From Acidobacteriota bacterium (GTDB lineage Bacteria; Acidobacteriota; UBA6911; RPQK01; JAJDTT01): a stretch of 64,000 nt of DNA. Location of the stretch: contig OZ242374.1 in assembly GCA_965209055.1 (NCBI GenBank), positions 4,608,001 to 4,672,000 of the forward strand. The letters are read 5' to 3'. Below are positions 19,701 to 29,143 of this stretch, one piece after another; the stretch's first letter is position 1, and the number at the start of each line of letters is the position of its first letter. The position numbers and the translations under genes are program-made. The notes beneath the pieces were generated by a model, which was not told the origin of the DNA, did no database searches, and was given only the letters and a program-made list of their open reading frames with translations.

Positions 19701-21738
19701 TCTCCCATTCCGAGTGGCAGGTCACATCCAGGTGACAGTCCACCGCGTTCGTATCCACGGTCGCCGTGATCGTACCCTCGGCGACGGCGCCAGTATCAAT
19801 AACAGCGATGGAGACGAAGTAGGTTCCGGCTCGAAGCGGCGGGTCGGAGCGCCGGGTGATGCCGATCCGTTCGTCACCCGCGTAGTCAAAGACAGCTCTC
19901 CCATTCTGAACGCCGTTGTCTTCGCCGTGGCGGACAACCAAAACCACATCGGCATCGGATTCCAGCGTCAAGGTGACAAGAGTGGCGGCCTCGGGAACCT
20001 CCAGCCGGAACGAGCGATTCCCTGCGAACAGGGTCGGGTTGTCAACCGGACCCAAACGGAAGTCGGACGGTTGACCGGGGGTGAGCGGTCCACCGCCGAT
20101 CTGTTCCGGATCTTCTCCGTCACCGTCCCGTTCCACTTCCGCTGTGAGCGTGCATTCGGCAGAGACGCCGGTATCCCAGAGTAGTACCGAGACAAAGTAG
20201 GCTCCGGCTTGAAGCGGCGGGTCGGATTCGGGGGTAATGACGATCTCCTCGTTGCCCGTGTCTCCCCGCGAAGCGAAATCATAGACAACCCTCCCATCCT
20301 GAACCTCGTTGTCCTCGCCATAACGGACATACAAGTCCACGTCGACATCGGGATCGGCCGATTCCAGCGTGAAGGTGACCCGGGAGGCGTCGTCGGGAAC
20401 CTCCAGGCGGAACGAGTTGTCCCCGGTGAACAGTGTCGGGCTGTCAACCGGATCTAGACGGAATTCGACGGGACGTCCAGGCCTGAGCGGTCTACCTCCA
20501 GTCGGCTCCGGGTCCTTATCGTCCAACTCCACTTCCGCCGTGAGCGTGCACTCGGCGACGACGTCCGTATCCCAGAGAAGCACCGAGACAAAGTAGCTTC
20601 CGGCTTGAAGCGGCGGGTCGGATTCGGGGGTGATGACGATCTCCTCATTACCCGTGTCTCCGATCGAATTGTAGTCGTAGACAGGCCTCCCATCCTGAAC
20701 ATCGTTGTCCTCGCCATGGCGGACATACAAATCCACGTCGACATCGGGATCGGCCGATTCCAGCGTGAAGGTGACCCGGGAGGCGTCGTCGGGAACCACC
20801 AGCCGGAATGAGTTGTCCCCGGTGAATAGTGTCGGGTTCTCAACCGGACCTATCCGGAACTCGACGGGGCGCCCGGGCGTGAGCCTCCTTGCCGCTTTCG
20901 CGCGTGGCGTTTTTAGGGAGGTGGACCGCTTGACCGGCTGTATCGGCTTGTCCGGCAACGACGACCCCGACCCTGTTCCCACCGCAGCCTCGATCGGACC
21001 AGCAAACAATCGTTTTTCCCATTCCCGGCGGTCTGAACTTGCCGCCGTTTCCACGCCGGTTCCGAAAGCGTCGTCCCAGATATGGCTGATGGCGACAATA
21101 TGAAACGGGACGGCTTCGTCTGCCGCCGGCTCACCCGGCAGATATTCGATTGTCAGGCTATCGCCGAAAACGATGCCGCTCCAGAAGTCTCCGTCCTCGT
21201 ACCGACCCGAACCGCTGTATGGCCCCACGATCTGACCGCTCTCCGAGTGAAGCCAGAGACGGCCTGCCCCGACGGCGAAATCCTGAAAGTGAATTCGCAT
21301 GGCGCGAGCACTGGGAGAGGACACCTTCAGGCGCCAGACGGGTCCGGCCGAGGTCGATTGCCACGCTCCCTCGGCGGTTGTCTTGACGGTCTCCCCGGAG
21401 AAGTTCAACCGGACCGCGCCCGGTGGCAACTGACGGTGAACGCCGATTACGGGTGGCTGGCCCCGTTGCGTCTGCAAACTCTGCAAATCGTCCGGGCCCA
21501 GTGGTGGCAGAGTAGCCGTGGCGGGAAATGGAAGGCTCAGTCGCAGGCTGGGCGGTCTGACCGCTGCCGCCTTCGAACGCCGTTGTTCTTCCAGAACCAG
21601 GGGCCCGATCCGTTGGCCCCAGCCCGGCGGCGACAGCATGGCAAGTGTCAGGACCAGGAATATTCCCCGGCGCCATAACACCGGTGAAACTACGGCACTC
21701 ACCCAGGTTGTGGATTCGTCAGGCTTCCCTTTGAACAT
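16705..21738 (-). CDS. Large secreted multidomain trypsin-like (lysyl-endopeptidase-type) serine protease with PPC-like and Ig-like repeats
   Basis: Catalytic triad motifs LTAAHC, DMTLL and EGGSSGS; IHHP motif; three PPC-like repeats (DVDLYVR); two ~234-aa repeats; PTVSLSASPTSI Ig-like domain. Confidence 0.85.
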   Translation of the reverse strand: MFKGKPDESTTWVSAVVSPVLWRRGIFLVLTLAMLSPPGWGQRIGPLVLEEQRRSKAAAVRPPSLRLSLPFPATATLPPLGPDDLQSLQTQRGQPPVIGVHRQLPPGAVRLNFSGETVKTTAEGAWQSTSAGPVWRLKVSSPSARAMRIHFQDFAVGAGRLWLHSESGQIVGPYSGSGRYEDGDFWSGIVFGDSLTIEYLPGEPAADEAVPFHIVAISHIWDDAFGTGVETAASSDRREWEKRLFAGPIEAAVGTGSGSSLPDKPIQPVKRSTSLKTPRAKAARRLTPGRPVEFRIGPVENPTLFTGDNSFRLVVPDDASRVTFTLESADPDVDVDLYVRHGEDNDVQDGRPVYDYNSIGDTGNEEIVITPESDPPLQAGSYFVSVLLWDTDVVAECTLTAEVELDDKDPEPTGGRPLRPGRPVEFRLDPVDSPTLFTGDNSFRLEVPDDASRVTFTLESADPDVDVDLYVRYGEDNEVQDGRVVYDFASRGDTGNEEIVITPESDPPLQAGAYFVSVLLWDTGVSAECTLTAEVERDGDGEDPEQIGGGPLTPGQPSDFRLGPVDNPTLFAGNRSFRLEVPEAATLVTLTLESDADVVLVVRHGEDNGVQNGRAVFDYAGDERIGITRRSDPPLRAGTYFVSIAVIDTGAVAEGTITATVDTNAVDCHLDVTCHSEWESSATGVARIFIETSEGSSAACSGTVLNNSRQDFTPYFLTAAHCVQTEAEARSVTAAWFYQTRTCNGESPDLRSVPRTEGARLLATTGFSEIEDLGQPSGDMTLLQLEGDLPDGVMFQGWDADPQPVGEQVAGIHHPGSDWGEFKRISFGQTIRDPGFGVSEESYLIVSYPLGQGYTEGGSSGSAIFSSPGTLVGALSGGEGGDFCPIGPSRDIYTRLSFFYPQIRQFIDEDFALEFAHFANGSSISSDVVLLNVAATPIRPTLYFADDEGNRIDAGSLVEITRDLEVLENGALSVRTEMAPLEELTISTHGRGDLVVGSVRVTADGSIGGVLRFDAPGIGVAGVGASEPLNDALFPARRQASGVNTGVALRNLEADGMTVSCYLMRRGSVLEDEEIQLDAGGQTAQFINEIFPGVNTSDFVGSVRCTAPEGRRFAGIALEMDANDGIFTTLPVVAVDQTGAGNGETSLEFAHFANGSSITSDVVLLNVSTQRIRPTLYFFDQDGNEIEPDSVVDTGNSLEMRPDGGLRARQALPPLGDFTISTHGRGDVVVGSVRVISDGPIGGVLRFTLPGAGVAGVGASEPVADALFPARRQAGGINTGVALRNLTAEEMTVSCNLMRGGSALESVDIPLDAGGQTARFIDEIFAGAGSSEFVGSVRCLAPVGGRFAGVALEMDFDNGIFTTLPVVPVKGGTRPEVPRTAPTVSLSASPTSIERGQSATLRWSSTNATSASLTPGIGTVPTSGSRRVSPTRTTTYRITVRGADGQTASDSTTVTVTEPPVSLAPADQGAFNEVFVGKRMLTGFPDYHIDFIRPGRFEETEESDVYPGDYTYRNSGSNTGTLTLNYDDGDRCTFELTFASETSGTFTYSCIDGESGNASWRLADIPSDDEDDDTSQVCAAGSTIQSGSECALQFPEGTPDAGNTFGRFAVGEFFGSEKGCLFIGSGFQSCGSSNVSLPADSVLNTPSGNKYSIVFSANMIEDSSSWTISKLSITQEE
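17630..19000. repeat. Intragenic tandem duplication, 702-bp period
   Basis: GAAGAACCATTGGCGAAATGGGCAAACTCCAG at 18269 and 18971; protein repeat EFAHFANGSSI...GIFTTLPVV. Confidence 0.85.
19750..20885. repeat. Three intragenic PPC-like domain repeats; the first two have a 396-bp period
   Basis: Identical 60-bp block GTCGACATCGGGATCGGCC... at 20341 and 20737; a third, more diverged copy at about 19750-20090. Confidence 0.85.
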
Positions 21739-22239
21739 GGTTCTCTTCCCCTTGGAACCTGTCCGAAAACTGGGCTGTCACGGACGCTGTTCTTCGATCG
21801 GTTGGCATCGCGCATGGAACCGGATTACCCGAGTGATGCACACCGCCACCCACCATCTCTTTTTCGTTTGATCTCACCCGTTTCCCCAACTCCCGGATCA
21901 GGAATGGCGAATTGGTGCGCCGGATTGTTGCGGAGACATAAATCCCGGTTACGGGGATGAAAAAGACGCCACGACCGGGGCCGGGTGAGACAGCCGGTCA
22001 CCGGAACCACCGACCCGGACACCAACCCCAAAGGCGCGACAAACGACTCGATAGCCCCGAAAAATCCAGCGCCTGTTCCGACGCCATTTCGTCCGTCCTG
22101 GCGGAGTACATCGTGTTCTCCATGCGGGAGTGGGCCCGAGAGAGGAGGATTGTACTGCACAACTACCAGATAGATACCAACCTTTGTGTGATATTATGAA
22201 GATAATACACGTTCTTATTGTGTCAATACTGTGTGATTT

Positions 22240-22451
22240 CGGCGATCTGTGCGAGGATCGCCCTTCAGGACAATCCTGCTGCGGCGGGTCTCCAGGTCGG
22301 GAACGGACAGAGGAACGGCCGAGATAAGCTCCTGCGTATACGGATGCAAGGGGCTCTCGTAGAGGTCGTCCCGGGCGGCCAGCTCAACGATCCGGCCCAG
22401 GTACATGACCGCGACCCGGTCGCTGATTTCCCGGACCATGCTCAGGTCGTG
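22240..22451 (-). pseudogene. Fragment of an oligopeptide/dipeptide ABC ATPase (C-terminal part only)
   Basis: [23 protein letters not shown]...PLHPYT is the OppD/OppF C-terminus; no Walker A/B upstream. Confidence 0.75.
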
Positions 22452-22530
22452 GCGTCCCTTTGTGTTCGATCGAATCTCAGGCTGAAACTGCAGCACCCAG
22501 GAGTCTGCGCCCGTCCCTGTGCTGAATCGC

Positions 22531-23325
22531 TTATCGAAAGTGCGCGCTGATCTTTCCCAGCCCGTCGATATCGACTTGCACGAGATCGTTTCGTTGGATC
22601 CAGTGGGTCTGAACGAGGCTTCCCAACAACACGAACTCGCCGGCCCTCAAGTAGCTCCCGCGCGTTTCCAGGGAGTTGGCCAACCAGGCGAGCGCTTCAA
22701 GGGGGTGACCCAGGATGTCGGCTCCCCGTCCGCTACCGAGATGCTCGCCGTTCACGGACATGGACCCAACAATGCCCTGCAAGTCGATTGAGGACCATGC
22801 GGTCACCGGCTCACCCAGCACGCAGGCGGAGCCAAAGAAATCGTCGGCAATCAGTGTTGCCGTATCGATCGACGAATAGTCGACCCAGCGGTCGTCGACA
22901 ACTTCGATCGCAGCCATCACCGATTCCACTGATGGCGCAATCGTCTCCCGGTCGTGGAGGCGACCCACCGAATTGAGATCTCGACCCAGGGAGACCGCCA
23001 ATTCGCATTCCACGCCCACATGCAGAAAGCTGTCGTGTTCGAACAGTCCGGATACCCGCCTGACTGTTGAACCGAAAACTCCTCCGGAACAGGGATTGTC
23101 AATTCCCAGGTACTTCTGCATGACGGCCGTCGTACAGCCGATCTTGTAACCGACCCGAGGCCCCAGGTCTGTGCGTATAAAGCGGGAGTGCAACAGCTCC
23201 TGGATGGCGTAGGCCTCGGCCTCGCTCCCGGGCCGGAGCGGGTCGGGCAACCGGCCCATTCGCTTGAGCTCCAGTCTCCCCACGCTCAGCAGATCGGCAG
23301 CCTGTTCCATCAAATCGACTGTCAC
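22531..23325 (-). CDS. 2-keto-4-pentenoate hydratase / FAH-family hydratase-decarboxylase
   Basis: [39 protein letters not shown] and VLLGS motifs. Confidence 0.88.
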   Translation of the reverse strand: MTVDLMEQAADLLSVGRLELKRMGRLPDPLRPGSEAEAYAIQELLHSRFIRTDLGPRVGYKIGCTTAVMQKYLGIDNPCSGGVFGSTVRRVSGLFEHDSFLHVGVECELAVSLGRDLNSVGRLHDRETIAPSVESVMAAIEVVDDRWVDYSSIDTATLIADDFFGSACVLGEPVTAWSSIDLQGIVGSMSVNGEHLGSGRGADILGHPLEALAWLANSLETRGSYLRAGEFVLLGSLVQTHWIQRNDLVQVDIDGLGKISAHFR

Positions 23326-23451
23326 CGTCGGAATGCTCCGGTCAGAAGGGGCAATCAGCTGATAATCCTGAGCGAACGATACAGTAGAAGTATACTGAGT
23401 TGGCGAATCGCGAGGAACAAATCCACGGGTTGGAAAACGGGATCAGAGGTC

Positions 23452-24342
23452 ATGAAAACAGCACGCATTGACGACCGGGACTGGAGCGCTTTGACCCGGG
23501 GCGAGCAGCTCTACCAGATCGAGGTGGAAGGCTACCTGCTCATGCCCAACATGCTGTCGCCCGATGAGGTGCGGCAGCTCAAGTCGGAGACGGCGCGCCT
23601 GGAGACCTTTCCCATGCCCTACAGCGTGCACCAGCGGGACCGGATGCTGCAGCCGGGGCACAACCCCTATCCGGGCTCCGACTGGGAGCCCTATCGCTTC
23701 GGCAGCCAGGGGGGCGCCATCACGGACCTCGTCGCCCATGAGCCCATGGTGGCATTCCTGGAAAGGATGTTCGGGGACGAGATCGTCTTCATGACCTACC
23801 TGTACGCCCGGTCCGAGCCGGGGCACCCGGGGATCAGCCTCCACACCGACGGGCAACCTTACGGATCGGAGATCTTCGGCTACGAGTGCAGTTGCCCGGT
23901 CATGGTCAAGGTCCTCTACTACCTGGACGACCTGACCCCCGATGTCTCGCCCTTCAGCGTTCTCCCCCGGTCCCATCTCTCCCTCCACCATCAGGCCAAC
24001 CCCTACCAGCGTTACCGCGATCATCCGGACCTGGTGATGGTCACCGCGACGGCCGGATCGGCCCTGGTCCTGCATCCCCGCGTCTTCCATGGCACCTACG
24101 CCAACGTGGGACAGCGATCCCGGGAGATGTTGCAACTGGGATACCGTCCCGCCTGGTCCGGTCCCATCCAGGAAAAGGTTCCGGCCTGGGACCCCGCGGA
24201 ACTGGATCTGTTGCCACCCCGGGTGCGGCGTCTGTTCAAGGACCGGAACGCCTGCAAATTCCGGGACGACGGCGATCACAAACCGGCCGACATGGCCAAC
24301 TCCGCCGACTGGATCAGCCCGGGCCGCTGGGACTGGAAGTAG
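23452..24342 (+). CDS. Phytanoyl-CoA dioxygenase (PhyH)-family Fe(II)/2OG oxygenase
   Basis: HTD ... FHG facial-triad motifs; YYLDDLT and PRSH. Confidence 0.82.
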   Translation: MKTARIDDRDWSALTRGEQLYQIEVEGYLLMPNMLSPDEVRQLKSETARLETFPMPYSVHQRDRMLQPGHNPYPGSDWEPYRFGSQGGAITDLVAHEPMVAFLERMFGDEIVFMTYLYARSEPGHPGISLHTDGQPYGSEIFGYECSCPVMVKVLYYLDDLTPDVSPFSVLPRSHLSLHHQANPYQRYRDHPDLVMVTATAGSALVLHPRVFHGTYANVGQRSREMLQLGYRPAWSGPIQEKVPAWDPAELDLLPPRVRRLFKDRNACKFRDDGDHKPADMANSADWISPGRWDWK

Positions 24343-24396
24343 ATCCCTCCGAAGCGAATCGGGATCACCTCGGACACGCCCGAGTCGGTCAGACCC

Positions 24397-25803
24397 TTAT
24401 TCTTGAATTCGGCTGAAGGTAAAGGTTCCCAGGGGGGCCGCCGTCCGGCCGTTTCCGAGGGGAAGTTCCGTGATCCTTCGAATCGGCCGCGGCGGAACTG
24501 TAGGTGCGTTGGCAGAGTTGAAGGTCACTCCGCTATCGGTCCCGGCATCGTAGGGCAAGAGTTCAAGGGTCCGTCCCTCGACCCAATCCCCCGATTCGAG
24601 AAGACTCAGGTCACGCACCCCCACGAACCAGTCGGGGCTGGGGGCGATCATGGAGACCAGCGTCACCAGCGGAAAGTCCCGGCTGATCTCGAATTCCAAG
24701 GAGACCAATCCAGGTGACCTGCCGATACCGCCGCCCCGGATGACGCGTTCGGCGGTTCCGGCCCGGATGGCGGCCCGGACTTCATTCGCCAGAATACTCT
24801 GTCCGCCGGTCTCGGCCATGCTCTTGATCCCCGGAGTTGCGTTCTGTCCGGTCTCCCAAAATTTAACCTGGTCGTTGTGAGTCCCTCCGATCAGTCCCGA
24901 GAAATGAGGCCCGGACGGGAAGTGGTTCGGATGGGTGGTGGCGCTCCAGGTGGCGTTGAAGAGAACCCGGTACCGCGCCGTGGCCGAAATTGCGGGTTTT
25001 TCGGGCGGCGTGCCGGGGAGGATTGCGGCCGGGACTCCGGTCAGATGAAACCGTCCTCCCTCCAGCAGCCGCTGTCGCAGCGCCACCAGGTGAAACGGGT
25101 CGTGCGATTCGCAGAGAATCGAACCGATGAACTCCCCTTGACCCGCGTGATCGGGAAAAAACTCGCTGGCGAACCGGGCGCCCTCCGCCTCCACCGGAAT
25201 CGTGTCCAGCGACTCGCCATCTTCATCGAACAGCGTCATTTGGAACGGCTCCGGCTCATCTCCGGCAGTCCCCGCGTCGCGGGGGCGGCGAAAGGCGATG
25301 CCGGTGTCGGTCGACGTCGACGGAGACACTTCGACCGGGATGCTCACACGGTGGGCCGCGGGTGACGCCGCCACCCCCACCATGTCCACCAACTCGTCCT
25401 CCAGCCAATATTCGAGGAAGAAGGTCACGGCCAGATCGGTTGCTGATGAACCGTTCCCGCCCTCGATCTGGAATACGCCGGACCAGATGGGCGACCCGGA
25501 CGGAGCCGCCAGGACGTGGCGCATGGTGGCTTGGGGCTCCAGGATCAACGGAGCCCCATCGCTGCCGGTGCGATCGACCCCGTTGTGCATCCAGGTCCGG
25601 CCCGACCCGGAACCGAAATCGGGCAGCCGCATCGAGCCCTCCCACGGCTGGTCCGTGGGATTGGTGGTCAAAACCACGACCTGGAAACCTCCGCCCAACA
25701 CCAGATGGGGATAGACCACCGGTTCGGAATCTTGCGCCCAGGTGGGGGTTCCGAAAACCAGAAGGACCACGGGGAGGATCCTTTTGGCCAGAGGAGTGAT
25801 CAT
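24397..25803 (-). CDS. Secreted protein with C-terminal Spondin_N domain
   Basis: ARYRVLFNATWS, HFSGLIG, SMIAPSPDWFVG and YDAGTDSG are spondin motifs; signal peptide. Confidence 0.85.
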   Translation of the reverse strand: MITPLAKRILPVVLLVFGTPTWAQDSEPVVYPHLVLGGGFQVVVLTTNPTDQPWEGSMRLPDFGSGSGRTWMHNGVDRTGSDGAPLILEPQATMRHVLAAPSGSPIWSGVFQIEGGNGSSATDLAVTFFLEYWLEDELVDMVGVAASPAAHRVSIPVEVSPSTSTDTGIAFRRPRDAGTAGDEPEPFQMTLFDEDGESLDTIPVEAEGARFASEFFPDHAGQGEFIGSILCESHDPFHLVALRQRLLEGGRFHLTGVPAAILPGTPPEKPAISATARYRVLFNATWSATTHPNHFPSGPHFSGLIGGTHNDQVKFWETGQNATPGIKSMAETGGQSILANEVRAAIRAGTAERVIRGGGIGRSPGLVSLEFEISRDFPLVTLVSMIAPSPDWFVGVRDLSLLESGDWVEGRTLELLPYDAGTDSGVTFNSANAPTVPPRPIRRITELPLGNGRTAAPLGTFTFSRIQE

Positions 25804-25924
25804 GACGTGCGCAAGCTCACGAGATGCATATCGCATACAAATAAATATTACTCAAAAACTCGTCCTCAGGGTGGAACCCCGCCAAGAGAGGGCCGGGTTC
25901 CCGCCTCGTCGAGTGAAATCCCGT

Positions 25925-27115
25925 CTATCCCTCCAGATTCAGTGCTTCGATGGTCCAGGTGATGAGACGTCCCCGCTTGTCGAAGGAAAATCGCTCCCCC
26001 AGGTTCCCGGTAGTGAAGACGAAGCCGTCGAACCCGGCGAGACGAGCCAATCCCTCAAGTTGCTCCCCGTCCGGTTCCCTCCGGTTCAGATCGACTCCCG
26101 CCCCCAGGTGAAGACGGCACCCCGCCCGGCGGCAGACCGGACCGTAGACCCGGGCCAGATCCTGTTCCAGAGGATTCAGTCCGATCCCGTCCTCGCCGTT
26201 CGTCAGGTACCCATAGCCGGAAAGCCCCTCCGTCAACTGCCGCCCGCTGATGACGTTCACCACCAATTCGTCCACCAGCCCGTCCCGGACCCACTTCTGC
26301 CAATTCAGGTGCAAATTGCCATACGGGGGACCCAGATAACTTCCCCGCGGGATGGCCAGTGAGAGCCGCCGTCCGGCGGGATGGAGCAGATCCTTTACTT
26401 CCGACAGGAATCGGCTCAGCGACTCGCCCCGCAGCCTCCGCCAGGATTCCAGATCGAAGTCGCTTTGGAGGATGTCCACACCATACCGCCGCCGGTATTC
26501 CTCCACGACCGGGCGATTGAAGCCGAACTGGTCGCCGTAGGCCGCCGGCAGCACGTAGGAACGGGTGCAGAGATGGAGCCCGTCGGCCGGAGCTTCCGCC
26601 AACAGATCGCGGAGCATCTCGAGACGGTACCGGCGCACCTCCGGGTAGGAGTAGCAGAGCACTCCCCAGTGGCGCTCCTTTCCGGAGCGGTCTACCTCGA
26701 CAAACTCGGGATGGGTTGCGGAAAAACGGCTCTGATACGGGTATGGCGTCCCCCGGGGACGGTAGAGCAGATCCCGGGGAAGTCCCTCATCCAGGAAGGG
26801 GAAATAGAGGTAGGCCTGCGCTCCCGCCGCATGAGTCACCTCGACGAAATCGGTCACGTCCCGGATCCGGGAAGCAGCCAGTCCCTCCCAGAAGCGGGAC
26901 CAACCCCGGGAAACCTCCGGGTCGTCCGTGCGCTGGTTGCAGTACCGCTGAATGAACCAGTGGTCCACGCGCCAGTAGAACCGGCGGACCCCGAAGCGCT
27001 CCCTCCAATAGGCGACTGCCGCAGCCAACCGCTCCCGGCTGTCCAGGCGGGCCTCCCCCTGCCCGTACTCCAGATGGTCCGGCCAATGCACGCGAAATAT
27101 GATTTCCTTCGGCAT
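25925..27115 (-). CDS. GHL10/DUF187-like TIM-barrel glycoside hydrolase-like protein
   Basis: FSATHPEF, LCYSYPEVRRY, DGLHL and WVRDGLVD motifs. Start reassigned to MPKEII because the longer ORF overlaps the next gene. Confidence 0.62.
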   Translation of the reverse strand: MPKEIIFRVHWPDHLEYGQGEARLDSRERLAAAVAYWRERFGVRRFYWRVDHWFIQRYCNQRTDDPEVSRGWSRFWEGLAASRIRDVTDFVEVTHAAGAQAYLYFPFLDEGLPRDLLYRPRGTPYPYQSRFSATHPEFVEVDRSGKERHWGVLCYSYPEVRRYRLEMLRDLLAEAPADGLHLCTRSYVLPAAYGDQFGFNRPVVEEYRRRYGVDILQSDFDLESWRRLRGESLSRFLSEVKDLLHPAGRRLSLAIPRGSYLGPPYGNLHLNWQKWVRDGLVDELVVNVISGRQLTEGLSGYGYLTNGEDGIGLNPLEQDLARVYGPVCRRAGCRLHLGAGVDLNRREPDGEQLEGLARLAGFDGFVFTTGNLGERFSFDKRGRLITWTIEALNLEG

Positions 27116-27180
27116 ACGCGCTGTGATGGAAAGGAGCGTTGGATCCAGCCAGTGTTTATTGGCGTCCGGCGAGACAAACG

Positions 27181-28965
27181 TTACTCCGCAATAAACGTCA
27201 TCTCCCAATCTCCGATCTTCTTGAGCCGGCTGCCGGACATTCGGATGGGAGGCTCTCCCGATTCGACCCAGGCCTCCAGTTCCTCGACATGACCCAGGCG
27301 CCTTAAATCGGGGAGCGAAGTGCCGTGGCCCCAGAAATAGGCCGAGTGGGCGTCGAACTCGGGACCCCAGACCTTGGCCGTATCCCAGAAGACCAGCGAC
27401 TCGACCCCCAGGGCATAGAGCTGGAGAGCCTTGCGCCGGTACTGCTCGGCATTCAGATGCCGGGGCATGATGTTGAACGTCACCGTGCACGACGTCCCGC
27501 GGGTCAGGTCCAGCCAGTAACGGACGTCGGCCGGATCCTCCCAGGCCAGTTCCCAACTGTAGAGACCCTCCGCCGAAGTGTAGGGAACGACGGTGTCCAC
27601 CAGGCCTTCCCGAATCCACCCTTCCACGTCCAGACCCCAGTAGAGGTTCTCGTCCCGCCGACCGAAGACCCAGACCGACAGCTTCTTGGATCGGCCCTGT
27701 TCCATGGCCACCTGATCCAGCATCCGTCTCAGGTCCCGGACGAATTCGGTCATCACGGCGGCCCGGTGGTTCAGCCAGCGCGGGTCCCTCTCCTCCAGTT
27801 GCCGGGGGTCCTGGCCGTATTTCTCCTGGAAGCTCTTCACCAAGGGTTCTTCGTACTCCACGTAGGGCGGGCGCCGATTGAACAGGGGACAGATTCCATC
27901 CACCGGATAGTTGGCCATCTCCCGAAACAGCGACACCAGGTAGCCGCGGGTCTCGGGATAGCTCAGGGAAATCCGCGGCGCCCGGCTGCCATCCCGCCGG
28001 ACCGCCCTCAACTCGGGATATTTCTCGTAGAAACCTCCCTGGTTCATCTCCTCGAAGGGCGGAGAGAAATGAAACGGACCCATCCCCTCGGCGAACCGGT
28101 AGGAAGCGTGAAACTCCATCCCCAGCTCGTGGGCGTGGTCCACTGCGATTCGGAGCGGGTCGATCCCCTTCTCGACGTACTCGGTCCAGTTTTCCACGAG
28201 TCGCCGATATTCGAAGAGGGAGTAGTCGTCGATCTGCAGGTGGCGGGTGGTGCACATGCGGCCGATCCGGGTGAAATACGCGCAGAGGTCCCCGGCTCCC
28301 GCTTCCCAGTAGATGCTGCCGAAGTCGGTGTCCCGGTAGCTCTCCAGCAGATCCCGGACCGTGCCGGGCTCGCTGTCGACCACGATTCCCGTCCCCACGT
28401 CCTGGGTGGCCACGAGGCGTTTCCGGTCCGTCCGCCTGCGGTCGGCCTGCAGAGTCTCGACCTCCTCCGTTTCCAATGGCACCAGCTTGATGTAGGCGAT
28501 CCAGACGTTCTCGCTGGTGCTCCGGCCCGTTTCCCCCGCCGGGACCTGCTCCCGGCAGAGCTGCTTGAAGCGGATTCCCTGACCGGTCAGGTCTGCCGCC
28601 TTCCAGTAGACGTCCCGGACCGCCTGTCCGCTCTCCATGGCGGGAGCCGGAAGAAAGACCAGGGAAAACGCCGGGTCATCGTCCAGCCGGGTCCACACCC
28701 GCTGTCCCCGAAAAGGCCGAAACGGCGTGTTGTACAACCCGATGTAGATGTCGTGCCAGCCTCGGACCTCGAGGGGGTACCGCACTTCCGCCGCCGCCGT
28801 CTCGGGACCCGCCCGCAGGAAGACACCTCGGAAATGCTCCGCCTCGTAGTCGATCAGCCGCCAGCACGCCCGCTTGCCGACTCGGCTCAGGGACGAATCG
28901 GGCCGGCACCGGTTCAGATCGGTGAAGTAAATGGGGTCGTTTTTCCTTGCGGGTCCAGCGGGCAT
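27181..28965 (-). CDS. GHL10/DUF187-like glycoside hydrolase-like protein
   Basis: AHELGMEFHASYR, FYEKYPE, LSYPETR, YPVDGI and WIREGLVD motifs. Confidence 0.65.
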   Translation of the reverse strand: MPAGPARKNDPIYFTDLNRCRPDSSLSRVGKRACWRLIDYEAEHFRGVFLRAGPETAAAEVRYPLEVRGWHDIYIGLYNTPFRPFRGQRVWTRLDDDPAFSLVFLPAPAMESGQAVRDVYWKAADLTGQGIRFKQLCREQVPAGETGRSTSENVWIAYIKLVPLETEEVETLQADRRRTDRKRLVATQDVGTGIVVDSEPGTVRDLLESYRDTDFGSIYWEAGAGDLCAYFTRIGRMCTTRHLQIDDYSLFEYRRLVENWTEYVEKGIDPLRIAVDHAHELGMEFHASYRFAEGMGPFHFSPPFEEMNQGGFYEKYPELRAVRRDGSRAPRISLSYPETRGYLVSLFREMANYPVDGICPLFNRRPPYVEYEEPLVKSFQEKYGQDPRQLEERDPRWLNHRAAVMTEFVRDLRRMLDQVAMEQGRSKKLSVWVFGRRDENLYWGLDVEGWIREGLVDTVVPYTSAEGLYSWELAWEDPADVRYWLDLTRGTSCTVTFNIMPRHLNAEQYRRKALQLYALGVESLVFWDTAKVWGPEFDAHSAYFWGHGTSLPDLRRLGHVEELEAWVESGEPPIRMSGSRLKKIGDWEMTFIAE

Positions 28966-29143
28966 TTAGGGATTCTCCTTGACGGTCGAGTCCGGAAACG
29001 ATTCCAGGTGAAAATTAAATGAACGCTTATGGTAATGGTGTCGTCAATAAATCAAGAGGCTTGAGCTTGCCACAACGACTCTTCCAGCTCAGTCGACGCC
29101 TTCGTCACGGATGTCCGATTCCCGCGCACACGGAGGATGTGGG

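Noticed and set aside
27116-28255. N-terminal 380 aa of the 776-aa ORF 25925-28255
   Set aside because: It overlaps the gene at 27181-28965 in another frame and has low-complexity shadow composition.
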